This document shows positions 1 through 8,234 of a DNA stretch of 49,589 bases, one piece after another. Position 1 is the first letter of the stretch. Each line of letters begins with the position of its first letter. Origin of the DNA: Candidatus Gastranaerophilaceae bacterium (GTDB taxonomy: Bacteria; Cyanobacteriota; Vampirovibrionia; Gastranaerophilales; Gastranaerophilaceae); contig JBGUSD010000203.1 of NCBI GenBank assembly GCA_045132355.1, forward strand, positions 1 to 49,589, in the 5' to 3' direction. The notes under the pieces are model-generated. The model saw only the letters and a list, made by a program, of their open reading frames with translations. It was not told the DNA's origin and did not search any database. The translations under genes and the position numbers were made by a program.

Positions 1-2
1 GT

Positions 3-341
3 TTGGATATAAAAATTGTAGGTTATGACAATTTGCAATGTAATTTTGGTAATGTTTTCAGACATAAAAACGGCAGAGAAATAGAACATTCCCTCGGTGG
101 AAGAATGATTTTTATGATTGCTGACGGACAAGAAGGTATTTTTGGAAACATTGAGAAGAAGGTTATTTGGACGAAAAATTCGGATGTTATTTTCTTGTTG
201 AAAGAATTTATTGTTCATGATATGTATCTGTTAGATATTGAGGAAAATTTTCCGGAACAGTTAAAATATTTTTATGGCTCAGGCCTGAAAAAATTAAAAG
301 AAAAAATTCTCAATAAGAATTCAAAATATAACATCCATTAA
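3..341 (+). CDS. hypothetical protein, frame open to the left window edge (possibly 5'-truncated)
   Basis: ORF-track frame open from nt 3; ends 10 nt before the next gene, whose SD AAGGAG overlaps this stop codon. No motif recognised. Confidence 0.4.
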   Translation: MDIKIVGYDNLQCNFGNVFRHKNGREIEHSLGGRMIFMIADGQEGIFGNIEKKVIWTKNSDVIFLLKEFIVHDMYLLDIEENFPEQLKYFYGSGLKKLKEKILNKNSKYNIH

Positions 342-350
342 GGAGAAAAA

Positions 351-1037
351 ATGAAAAAATTATTTGCGTTTACATTATCAGAAACATTAATAACTCTAGG
401 TATCATTGGTATTGTAGCAACTTTGACGATACCTAATGTTATGACACAATATAAAAATAAAGTTTATGTTACACAATTACAAAGAGTGTATAACCAACTT
501 GCAAATGCAGCTGTTCAAAAAATGAATGATGAAAGAGTTGATACATTAGCATATACAGACCTTACATTGGGTAGTGAATACATTGGAAAATTTTTCAAAA
601 AATATTTTAAGGTGAATGTTGATTGCGGTACATCCAAAACTACAACAGATTGTTTTGCCACAAATTACAAATCCTTGGACAAAAAAAAATCAGAAGTGCC
701 GGGTTGGCAAAACTGGAGCGAGAATGATTTTTACTGTGTAATGTTAAATACGGGTGCGAGTGTTTGTATGTTTAGAATGACTCCGGATGATGAACTTGAT
801 ACAGGTGTACATCATGGCGGATCTGATGTTGTTGTTGATGTAAATGGTGCAACTCCACCAAATATTGGCGGTAGAGATTTGTTTGGTTTTACTCTATATT
901 CAGATGGCACGGTAAGTAGCGGATACATACTACAACCTTCAAGGTGTGAATCAAATGAAGGTACGGAAGCCGGTGCACAATATGGTTCGTTTTGTATAGA
1001 TAGAATAATATCTGACGGATGGAAGATGGATTACTAA
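351..1037 (+). CDS. type IV pilin-like protein (prepilin-type N-terminal cleavage/methylation domain)
   Basis: N-terminus MKKLFA|FTLSETLITLGIIGIVATL has the class III signal: Phe+1, Glu+5, hydrophobic helix. SD AAGGAG lies upstream. Shares the blocks NTGAS and DVNGATPPNIGGRDLFGF..SDGTV with the ORFs at 15823 and 41948. Confidence 0.75.
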   Translation: MKKLFAFTLSETLITLGIIGIVATLTIPNVMTQYKNKVYVTQLQRVYNQLANAAVQKMNDERVDTLAYTDLTLGSEYIGKFFKKYFKVNVDCGTSKTTTDCFATNYKSLDKKKSEVPGWQNWSENDFYCVMLNTGASVCMFRMTPDDELDTGVHHGGSDVVVDVNGATPPNIGGRDLFGFTLYSDGTVSSGYILQPSRCESNEGTEAGAQYGSFCIDRIISDGWKMDY

Positions 1038-1101
1038 GATGATTATCACGACATTCTGTCGTGAAGCTGTTTCTGACGGATGGAAGATGGATTACTAAGA
1101 T
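1011..1101. repeat. 30-bp perfect direct repeat (1011-1040 and 1072-1101) covering the last 9 codons plus stop of the pilin-like gene, flanking a 31-bp spacer with a 7-bp-stem hairpin (1046-1064)
   Basis: TCTGACGGATGGAAGATGGATTACTAAGAT read twice in the raw sequence. The spacer contains TCACGAC-attct-GTCGTGA. Confidence 0.9.
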
Positions 1102-1116
1102 AAATCTTAAATAAAT

Positions 1117-1155
1117 AAAAGGCCTAGATCTATTAAATTTGGCCTTTTATTTTGT
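1117..1155 (+). terminator. putative intrinsic terminator after the pilin-like gene
   Basis: AAAAGGCC (1117-1124) pairs with GGCCTTTT (1141-1148), followed by a T-rich run. The 16-nt loop is long. Confidence 0.5.
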
Positions 1156-1244
1156 TAAAAACCAATCTTTACAAATTTGTAATGTTTTCTTCTCAAAAAT
1201 TATTCAAAGGAGTATAATAAAAATAACAGTAAAAGGGGAATGAT

Positions 1245-1880
1245 TTGGGGATAGAAGATATGACACAGGGTTATAGCTTTGAGCTTATTACAGGTCCGAT
1301 GAGCTGCGGCAAAACGGAAGAACTTTTAAGAAGAATCAGGCGTTGTATTATTGCAAAGAAAAAAGTAAAAGTTATATCACCTGACGTTGATACACGTGCA
1401 AAAGGTGATTATATAGAGTCAAGAAACGGTCTATGGCTTGATGCAATTAAGGTTAAACATTCAATTCAAATTCTCAGTGTTGTAAAGCCTGATGATGAAA
1501 TAGTGGCAATTGATGAACTTCAGTTTTTTGACAATAATATAGTAAAAGTTATTTCAAAACTAATGGAAGAAGGTAAAAGGGTTATTGGTACAGGCTTGGA
1601 ACTTGATTTCAAAGCCGAACCTTTTGGTAGTATGCCGGAGTTGATGTGTATTGCAACAACCGTTGATAAATTACATGCCGTATGTATGAAATGTGGTTGT
1701 GACCATGCAACACGCACCCAAAGACTTATTGACGGCAAACCTGCCGATAAAAATTCGCCTCTTATTATGATTGGCGGAGATGAAACTTATGAAGCAAGAT
1801 GCATAAAATGTTACGAATTGCCTGACAACAAACCCAAAGGAAAAATAATCGGGAAATTGTTACAATTTGAACACAGATAG
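1245..1880 (+). CDS. tdk: thymidine kinase
   Basis: P-loop GPMSCGKTEEL, IDELQFF, and C-terminal Cys pairs CMKCG...CIKC. The start is TTG 1245 or, more likely, ATG 1260 (GGGGA 8 nt upstream). Confidence 0.9.
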   Translation: MGIEDMTQGYSFELITGPMSCGKTEELLRRIRRCIIAKKKVKVISPDVDTRAKGDYIESRNGLWLDAIKVKHSIQILSVVKPDDEIVAIDELQFFDNNIVKVISKLMEEGKRVIGTGLELDFKAEPFGSMPELMCIATTVDKLHAVCMKCGCDHATRTQRLIDGKPADKNSPLIMIGGDETYEARCIKCYELPDNKPKGKIIGKLLQFEHR

Positions 1881-2044
1881 ACAAGATATTTTTTCATAAA
1901 TCTTAGTTATTAACTTGTGGGGTTTAACAATTCCACATTTTTTTTAAGTATGGTATTATATTCTTGTAACTTTTTATATTCTTATGAAACTTTTTTAAAT
2001 AAAAAACATCTGTAAGAATGTAGAAGTTAGTTGGAGGATAATCT

Positions 2045-3265
2045 GTGAGAAACATTATGAGAAAAAGTTTTATATTTTTGTGGGCGTTCTTAATTCTTTT
2101 TGGATGTGTAATCAGAAATTACAGCATGGCATACACCCCGATTGAATTGTATGATCAGGTTTGGAGACTGATTAATACAAAATTTGTTGACCAAACAAAT
2201 AACGGCCAAGATTGGTCAAAATGGCGTCATAAATACGACAAACAAATAAGAACAAACGAAGACGCTTATGTTGCGATTAATACAATGGTTGCAAGTTTGA
2301 ATGACCCGTACACAAAATTTTTAGATCCGAAAGATTTTGCGGAAGAAACAAGCTCTATTAAGGGTTCTTTGAAGGGTATTGGTATTCAAATCGGAGTAAA
2401 AGACGGTAAATTAATGGTTATTGCTCCAATCGAAGATACTCCTGCTGAACGTGCCGGTCTAAAAGCAGATGATGAAATCCTTGAGATTGACGGCAGAAGT
2501 ACAAAAGGTATAACCGTTGACAAAGCAGCCGACCAAATCAGAGGTAAGGAAGGCACTCAGGTTACATTGTTAATCAAACGTAAAGATGCAGAACCGAAAT
2601 CTTATACGATTACACGTGCAGAAATTGAAATTAAATCAATTTCACAAAAGTTACCTGAAAATATAAATATGCCAAGTGATATCGGATATATCCGCCTAAG
2701 CTCTTTTATCAGCAGAAATGCAACAAAAGAATTTTCTGACATATTGAGAAACGGAACAAACAAAAAAGGATTTATTGTAGATTTGAGATCAAACCCTGGC
2801 GGACTTTTGTCCAACGCAATATATATCTCCGATATGTTCCTTGATGGCGGAGTAATCGTAAGCACCGTTGACAGAGACGGATACAAAGAAACCCAACGTT
2901 CAACAAAAGGGACCTTGACTGACAAACCGCTGGTAATTCTTATCAATAAAGGCTCAGCATCTGCAAGCGAAATCTTCTCCGGTGCTATGAAAGACAACCA
3001 CAGAGCCGTAATTATCGGGGAACAGTCTTTTGGTAAAGGTTTGGTACAAGAGATTAACAAACTTCCGTATGAAGCTGGTATAAATATAACTATTCAAAAA
3101 TACTTAACACCAAACGGAACCGACATTAATAAAAAAGGTATTACCCCTGACCTGGTTGTGGAACTGACCGAAGAAAATGTAAAAAACAAAGATGATGTTC
3201 AGCTCAAAAAAGCGATTGAAGTTATGCAAAATATGATTAACGGAAAAATGGTTCTTGGACAATAA
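2045..3265 (+). CDS. ctpA: carboxy-terminal processing protease (peptidase S41) with PDZ domain
   Basis: N-terminal hydrophobic anchor, a PDZ-like segment (GIQIG...PAERAGLKADDEILEIDG), and the S41 blocks NKGSASASEIFSGA and FGKGLVQ. GTG start 6 nt after GGAGGA. Confidence 0.9.
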   Translation: MRNIMRKSFIFLWAFLILFGCVIRNYSMAYTPIELYDQVWRLINTKFVDQTNNGQDWSKWRHKYDKQIRTNEDAYVAINTMVASLNDPYTKFLDPKDFAEETSSIKGSLKGIGIQIGVKDGKLMVIAPIEDTPAERAGLKADDEILEIDGRSTKGITVDKAADQIRGKEGTQVTLLIKRKDAEPKSYTITRAEIEIKSISQKLPENINMPSDIGYIRLSSFISRNATKEFSDILRNGTNKKGFIVDLRSNPGGLLSNAIYISDMFLDGGVIVSTVDRDGYKETQRSTKGTLTDKPLVILINKGSASASEIFSGAMKDNHRAVIIGEQSFGKGLVQEINKLPYEAGINITIQKYLTPNGTDINKKGITPDLVVELTEENVKNKDDVQLKKAIEVMQNMINGKMVLGQ

Positions 3266-3282
3266 CATACAAAATATTTTAT

Positions 3283-3316
3283 AAAACCCTCACCAATTTG
3301 GTGGGGGTTTTTATTT
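3283..3316 (+). terminator. intrinsic terminator after ctpA
   Basis: AAAACCCTCACC / GGTGGGGGTTTT stem followed by TTATTTT. Confidence 0.7.
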
Positions 3317-3376
3317 TGAGGAAATATTATTAATAACACGGCTAAAACTCGTGTTATACTACCTTGTGAGGTTCGT

Positions 3377-3399
3377 GTTGTTGTTGTTGTGTGTGTGTG
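3377..3399. repeat. compound microsatellite (GTT)4(GT)5 in an intergenic region
   Basis: gttgttgttgttgtgtgtgtgtg read directly. Confidence 0.9.
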
Positions 3400-3409
3400 G
3401 CTACCCGTA

Positions 3410-3437
3410 TTAATTAACATAAAAATATGTTAATTAA
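3410..3437. promoter_or_regulatory. perfect 11-bp inverted repeat TTAATTAACAT-N6-ATGTTAATTAA, candidate operator upstream of the XRE regulator gene
   Basis: Read directly. It ends 5 nt upstream of the putative -35 TTACAA (3443-3448). Confidence 0.45.
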
Positions 3438-3442
3438 TCCAC

Positions 3443-3471
3443 TTACAAAATTCATTAATATATTCTATTCT
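3443..3471 (+). promoter_or_regulatory. putative sigma70-type promoter TTACAA-17-TATTCT, 7 nt before ATG 3479
   Basis: Hexamers and spacing read from the sequence. There is no SD between the -10 and the ATG. Confidence 0.45.
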
Positions 3472-3478
3472 GTATTGT

Positions 3479-3799
3479 ATGACAGATTTTCAATTATTGA
3501 TTAACAAATCCATAAAAGAATTGAGAATGCAAAAAGGCATTTCTCAGGAAAAATTTAGCGAAATGTGCGGCATATCCGTTGACGGTCTTAGAAATATTGA
3601 AGCAAACAGGTACACCCCAAAGGCCAAAACGATAAACAAGATTTGCGATACGTTTAAAATATCTCCAATAACACTTTTAACTATTAATGAAAAATCAGAA
3701 AACAATTCTTCTTTGATAGAAGTTATTACTAAAAAATTAAATTTCTGTACAAAAGATGAACTTGATAAAATTAACTCAATGATTGACGTAATAAAATAG
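3479..3799 (+). CDS. XRE-family helix-turn-helix transcriptional regulator
   Basis: IKELRMQKGISQEKFSEMCGISVDGLRNIEANRYTP is a typical Cro/CI-type HTH. Confidence 0.75.
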   Translation: MTDFQLLINKSIKELRMQKGISQEKFSEMCGISVDGLRNIEANRYTPKAKTINKICDTFKISPITLLTINEKSENNSSLIEVITKKLNFCTKDELDKINSMIDVIK

Positions 3800-3831
3800 T
3801 TATTTTAAGAAAAATATGTTTTAGTGCATGG

Positions 3832-3860
3832 TTGACAATGAGTTCTTGAATTAATATAAT
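3832..3860 (+). promoter_or_regulatory. consensus promoter TTGACA-17-TATAAT, 6 nt (TTTTTT) before the hisS ATG
   Basis: TTGACA 3832-3837, TATAAT 3855-3860, ATG 3867. No SD. Confidence 0.6.
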
Positions 3861-3866
3861 TTTTTT

Positions 3867-5102
3867 ATGGCTAAGATAATAAACGTACTAAAAGGAACAC
3901 ACGATATTTTACCTCAAGAAGTTGAACAGTGGCACTTTTTAGAGCAAACGGCACTTGAAGTATTTACAAAATATGGTTATAAAGAAATCAGAACACCTAT
4001 CTTAGAAGCGACAGAACTATTTGCTCGCGGGGTTGGTGATACAACAGATATTGTAAACAAAGAAATGTACACTTTTGAAAAGAGTGATCGTTCTATGACT
4101 TTGCGCCCTGAAAATACAGCCGGTGTTGTCCGTTCCTTTATAGAAAACGGTATGGCAAGACTTTCTGCTCCGGTGAAACTTTGGTACAAAGGCCCGATGT
4201 TCAGGTATGAACGTCCTCAAAAGGGCAGACAGAGACAATTTCATCAGGTAGGATGCGAAATGTTTGGGGTAAAAGAGCCTACGGCTGACGCTGAAGCTAT
4301 TTTGATGGCCGTTAATTATCTAAAAGCACTCGGACTTAACGATTTGGAGGTTGAAATTAACTCTTTGGGTTGTCCTGCTTGTCGTGAGGAGTTCAAAAGA
4401 AGATTAAAAGAAGTTTTGAAACCATATTTTAATGAACTTTGCGAAGATTGCCAAACAAGATACGAAAAAAATCCACTCAGACTGCTCGATTGCAAGGTCG
4501 AATCCTGTCAGGCAATATTTGAAAAACCCGAAGTTCAGGCTGTTATAAAATCAGATTATATTTGTGAAGATTGTGCGGATCACTTCGCAAAACTAAAATC
4601 TTACCTTGATAAAATGAACGTAAAATATACAGAAAACAAACTTTTGGTAAGAGGTTTGGACTACTATAACAGAACAGTTTTTGAAATCAAATCAAACAAT
4701 CTTGGCTCGCAAAACGCTGTCTGCGGCGGCGGAAGATATGATAGCTTGGTCAGAAACCTTGGCGGAGACGATATTCCTGCGGTTGGCTGGGCAATGGGAA
4801 TGGAAAGATTAAATTCGCTTTTGCCTGAAAGATCTGCCGAAATGCTTGACGGTTATATTGTTTCAAATTCTCCTGTTGATGCGTTTGCATTGGCTGAGGA
4901 ATTGAGACAAGACGGTTTTAGCGTTGAGTTTGATTTGAGCAATAAAAAATTTACAAAACAGTTAGAAAAAGCATCAAAAGTTGCAAAATATGCACTTATT
5001 CTTGGTGAAGACGAAATCAATACCAATACTGTGTCGGTTAAAAATCTTGCTACATCTGAGCAAAAAACTGTTGCAAGAAAAGATTTAAGGAGTATATTAT
5101 GA
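3867..5102 (+). CDS. hisS: histidine--tRNA ligase
   Basis: Class II motifs RTPILE, LRPENTAGVVR, FRYERPQKGRQRQFHQ, GGGRYD. Confidence 0.95.
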   Translation: MAKIINVLKGTHDILPQEVEQWHFLEQTALEVFTKYGYKEIRTPILEATELFARGVGDTTDIVNKEMYTFEKSDRSMTLRPENTAGVVRSFIENGMARLSAPVKLWYKGPMFRYERPQKGRQRQFHQVGCEMFGVKEPTADAEAILMAVNYLKALGLNDLEVEINSLGCPACREEFKRRLKEVLKPYFNELCEDCQTRYEKNPLRLLDCKVESCQAIFEKPEVQAVIKSDYICEDCADHFAKLKSYLDKMNVKYTENKLLVRGLDYYNRTVFEIKSNNLGSQNAVCGGGRYDSLVRNLGGDDIPAVGWAMGMERLNSLLPERSAEMLDGYIVSNSPVDAFALAEELRQDGFSVEFDLSNKKFTKQLEKASKVAKYALILGEDEINTNTVSVKNLATSEQKTVARKDLRSIL

Positions 5103-5440
5103 CTGTTCAAGACGTCATAAAAACTTTGACAACTGCATTTAGAAAGAAATTTGATGATTTTAAAGGAATATATCTTTTTGGGCAGTTCCTAGACGGAAAA
5201 GAGCATGACGGTGAAGATATAGAGCTTGTGGCAATTTTTGAAACACAAGACAAATCAAAAAGAGAAGAAATTTGGCCGATAATCGGCAAAATTGAAACAG
5301 AGATGAATGTTTGTATTGATTTGTATCCGTACACAATGGATGAATTCAAACAAGACGAAGATATTTATGATGAAGTAATGGAAGAGGGTATTTTCTACGA
5401 TACTCTCGGAGTAATAAAAGATAAGGAAAACGACAGATGA
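5099..5440 (+). CDS. minimal nucleotidyltransferase (MNT-like, Pol-beta superfamily)
   Basis: IYLFGQFLDGKEHDGEDIELVAIF fits the Gly...acidic-x-acidic signature, with a third acidic residue in CIDLY. ATGA overlap with the hisS stop; SD AAGGAG lies inside hisS. Confidence 0.6.
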   Translation: MTVQDVIKTLTTAFRKKFDDFKGIYLFGQFLDGKEHDGEDIELVAIFETQDKSKREEIWPIIGKIETEMNVCIDLYPYTMDEFKQDEDIYDEVMEEGIFYDTLGVIKDKENDR

Positions 5441-5625
5441 TGGACAAAATTACAATCCGCTCAGACAGACAAACAGACTACAAATTTCAATACAAAGGCG
5501 AAGATGTAGTATTGGGTGCAGGTAAAATTTTAAGCATAGCAGATGGCTTGGAACACGTTGTGTTACCTACTTGCGCTATGAAAATTATGAATAACCTTAT
5601 CGTAATTAAAGACGACGTAAAATAA
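5437..5625 (+). CDS. hypothetical 62-aa protein, translationally coupled to the nucleotidyltransferase
   Basis: ATGA start/stop overlap with the upstream gene. No recognisable motif and no HEPN R-x(4-6)-H. Confidence 0.4.
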   Translation: MMDKITIRSDRQTDYKFQYKGEDVVLGAGKILSIADGLEHVVLPTCAMKIMNNLIVIKDDVK

Positions 5626-5698
5626 TAAATTTTATACGCAGCCGAAAAACAAACAGGGCATAGAATATATGCTTTGATGTGTTATGTTTAAAACACAA

Positions 5699-6529
5699 TT
5701 ATAAACTGCAATAATAGTCTTTCATAAGACAAGCATCATCTTCAATATTAGGACTCTCTGATACGACAGCACCTTTGACTCCAAAGTTTTTAAAGGCTTT
5801 CATCAGGTCTTTATAATTCATATCCGATTCCTGAAGGTTGAGGTGTTGGCGTTCGCCTTTTGCTGTATATTCAATACCTGCAACGTGTGCGTGGAAGTTT
5901 TCCAGTGCTTGAGTGCCAAGTTCCACTCCGATTCTGTCAAGAACGTGAGCAAATTCATCATAAGTATTGTATTCTCCGCCGGTTCTGGCATGGATATGTG
6001 AAAAGTCAACACAAGGGAGAACATAACCTTCAAATTCTTTTGAAAGTTTGATAATTTCTTCAAAATCGCCCCATTGAGTTGCTTTTCCTGTTGTTTCTGG
6101 TCTTATCCAAACACCTGTCTGTCCGACAGCATTAATAATCCTTTGAGTTTGTTTACTTACCTGTTTATAAACTTCTTCTTTGTCTTTTCCCATATAAAAT
6201 GCAGCATGGTAGGTTATACTGTATGCTCCTATCTCTTTTGCAACATTTATGGTTTCAATAATCCTCTGCACACTTGCGTCAATTTTTTCTTCCTCTTTTG
6301 AGTTCAGGTTTATGTAGAATGGGCCATGTGCCGTCAGTATATATTTGTTGGAGTTTTTCAGGAAGTTTTTTGATTCATCAGAGATTCTAACCCCGTGTAC
6401 AAATTCCATCTCCATACCGTCAAGATTCATTTCCCCAAGAACATCAAAAGCGCCGGAATATCCGCCTTTCCCTGTTCTTAAAGGCATTCCTGCTGTTATA
6501 AAGTTTAATTTATCCGGTTTTACAAGCAC
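5699..6529 (-). CDS. nfo: endonuclease IV-like TIM-barrel protein (AP endonuclease family 2)
   Basis: Blocks HGPFYINL, YHAAFY, RPETTGK, CVDFSHIHA, HAHVAG..QHLNL and SESPN align by eye with endonuclease IV metal-binding blocks. GTG start after GGTGAG, 8 nt downstream of the metG stop. Confidence 0.6.
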   Translation of the reverse strand: MLVKPDKLNFITAGMPLRTGKGGYSGAFDVLGEMNLDGMEMEFVHGVRISDESKNFLKNSNKYILTAHGPFYINLNSKEEEKIDASVQRIIETINVAKEIGAYSITYHAAFYMGKDKEEVYKQVSKQTQRIINAVGQTGVWIRPETTGKATQWGDFEEIIKLSKEFEGYVLPCVDFSHIHARTGGEYNTYDEFAHVLDRIGVELGTQALENFHAHVAGIEYTAKGERQHLNLQESDMNYKDLMKAFKNFGVKGAVVSESPNIEDDACLMKDYYCSL

Positions 6530-6537
6530 TTTCTCAC

Positions 6538-8094
6538 CTATTTCTTTTGGCTTTTGTCTGCAAGTTCACTATCTACACGCAAGAATACAGGCTTGATATC
6601 TTCTTTTGAAATCAATTTGCCAATCTTTATATTATCGCAAGTCAAATCATCAAGTTTTGTATTCAAATCAAATGATAATTGACGAGCCATTTCACGAGCA
6701 ATGTTTGGACAATACGGATAAATTAATGATGCAATTACGCACATAATTTCCAAAACAGTTGTCAACACTTTTCCGCATTCTGTCCATTTTTCTTCTTTTG
6801 CAAGAGTCCAAGGCGCGTTGTCAGTTACGTATTTGTTTGTCATATCAACAATACCGATAATTTCCTGTGCGGCCTCTTGAATTTCGAAATGGTTGAAATG
6901 ATTTTCTACAATTTTTACAGTTCCTAAAGCTTTTTTGAATAGGTCAGACTGAATCTTAAATTCAGGTTTAATTTCACCGTCAAAGTATTTTACAAGCATT
7001 GAAAGAGTTCTGTTTAACAAATTACCCATTGAATTTGCAAGGTGTGCGTTAACTTTTTCTTTGAAGTCATCATCTGAATAATTACCGTCACGTCCGCAAG
7101 GAGCTGATGTTGCCATATAATATCTGAATGCGTCAGGATATTCAAGATTAAATGTTTCAAGAACAGAAGTTGGCGAAACAACATTACCCAAAGACTTTGA
7201 CATCTTTGTTTCATCAATTGTAATCCAGCCGTGTGCAAAAATATGTTTCGGCAAAGGTAAATCCAAAGCCATTAAAATTGCCGGCCAATAAATACTGTGA
7301 AATTTAAGAATATCTTTACCGATAACATGAACATCACACGGCCAAAGTTTTTTGAACTGGTCTGACGGGTTGTCAATATCGTATCCGATTGCGGTTATAT
7401 AGTTTGATAGCGCATCTATCCAAACGTAAATGGATTGTGCCGGATCATCAAGAATATCAATACCCCAACCAACATTTTCTTTTGAACGGGAAACTGAAAT
7501 ATCTTGAATATCTTCCAACTGGTTCAAAACCTCATTAGCTCTGAATGACGGAACTATAAAATCAGGATTTTCCTTAATATGTTTGATAATTGCATCTTTG
7601 TATTTTGTAAGTTTGAAGAAATAATTTTCTTCTTTTACAACATCAGGTTTTTTAAGGTGATCAGGGCAAAGGCCGTCTTCTGTCAAATCTTTCGGGTTCA
7701 AAAAGCATTCGCAGCCCGTGCAGTACCAGCCTTCGTATTCGTGTTTGTAGATATCTCCTTTGTCTTTTAATTTTTGGAAGATTTTTTGAACGGTTTTTTC
7801 GTGATCTTCGTCAGTTGTACGGATAAATCTGTTGTAATCAATATCTAGTGCTTTCCAGGCATCTTTGAATTTTTGAGCATTCATATCGCAAAGATCTTTT
7901 GGAGTCATTCCATGTTCTTTTGAAGTCTTTTGTATTTTGATACCATGTTCGTCAGTACCGGTTAAAAAGAAAACATCAGTTCTTTGTGAAAAGTGTCTTG
8001 CGATAATATCTGTCAAGATTTTTTCGTAAGCGTGTCCGATATGAGGGGCGCCGTTTACATAGTCAATAGCTGTTGTTACGTAAAATTTATCCAT
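6538..8094 (-). CDS. metG: methionine--tRNA ligase
   Basis: HIGH (PHIGHAY), KMSKS (KMSKSLGN), and zinc knuckle CTGCECF...CPDH. Confidence 0.95.
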   Translation of the reverse strand: MDKFYVTTAIDYVNGAPHIGHAYEKILTDIIARHFSQRTDVFFLTGTDEHGIKIQKTSKEHGMTPKDLCDMNAQKFKDAWKALDIDYNRFIRTTDEDHEKTVQKIFQKLKDKGDIYKHEYEGWYCTGCECFLNPKDLTEDGLCPDHLKKPDVVKEENYFFKLTKYKDAIIKHIKENPDFIVPSFRANEVLNQLEDIQDISVSRSKENVGWGIDILDDPAQSIYVWIDALSNYITAIGYDIDNPSDQFKKLWPCDVHVIGKDILKFHSIYWPAILMALDLPLPKHIFAHGWITIDETKMSKSLGNVVSPTSVLETFNLEYPDAFRYYMATSAPCGRDGNYSDDDFKEKVNAHLANSMGNLLNRTLSMLVKYFDGEIKPEFKIQSDLFKKALGTVKIVENHFNHFEIQEAAQEIIGIVDMTNKYVTDNAPWTLAKEEKWTECGKVLTTVLEIMCVIASLIYPYCPNIAREMARQLSFDLNTKLDDLTCDNIKIGKLISKEDIKPVFLRVDSELADKSQKK

Positions 8095-8234
8095 TTAATA
8101 ATCCTCTCTGTCATAATACAAAGGTGAGGAGTAAAACCCTCTTAGCACGAAAATTATACCATAAAAGTTTACAAAATTTATTTTGAGGGGCAATTTTCAT
8201 GACAAATTTTACTTTATAAATACATAGGAGAAAA

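Noticed and set aside
2602-3060. Long antisense ORFs inside well-supported genes (also 14739-15143, 19653-20093, 25342-25605, 28562-28831, 31499-31804, 47755-48240, 18020-18709)
   Set aside because: They lie opposite genes with unambiguous conserved motifs, have low-complexity or Ser/Leu/Phe-rich translations, and lack SD or promoter context. These are typical shadow ORFs.
3800-3866. T-box or other riboswitch leaders upstream of hisS (and metG, 8095-8234)
   Set aside because: The hisS promoter abuts the ATG, leaving no leader. The metG upstream region is short and shows no specifier or T-box-like conserved sequence that I can recognise.
5437-5625. Calling the 62-aa ORF a HEPN toxin to complete an MNT-HEPN pair
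   Set aside because: It is too short and lacks the R-x(4-6)-H motif. It is kept as hypothetical.
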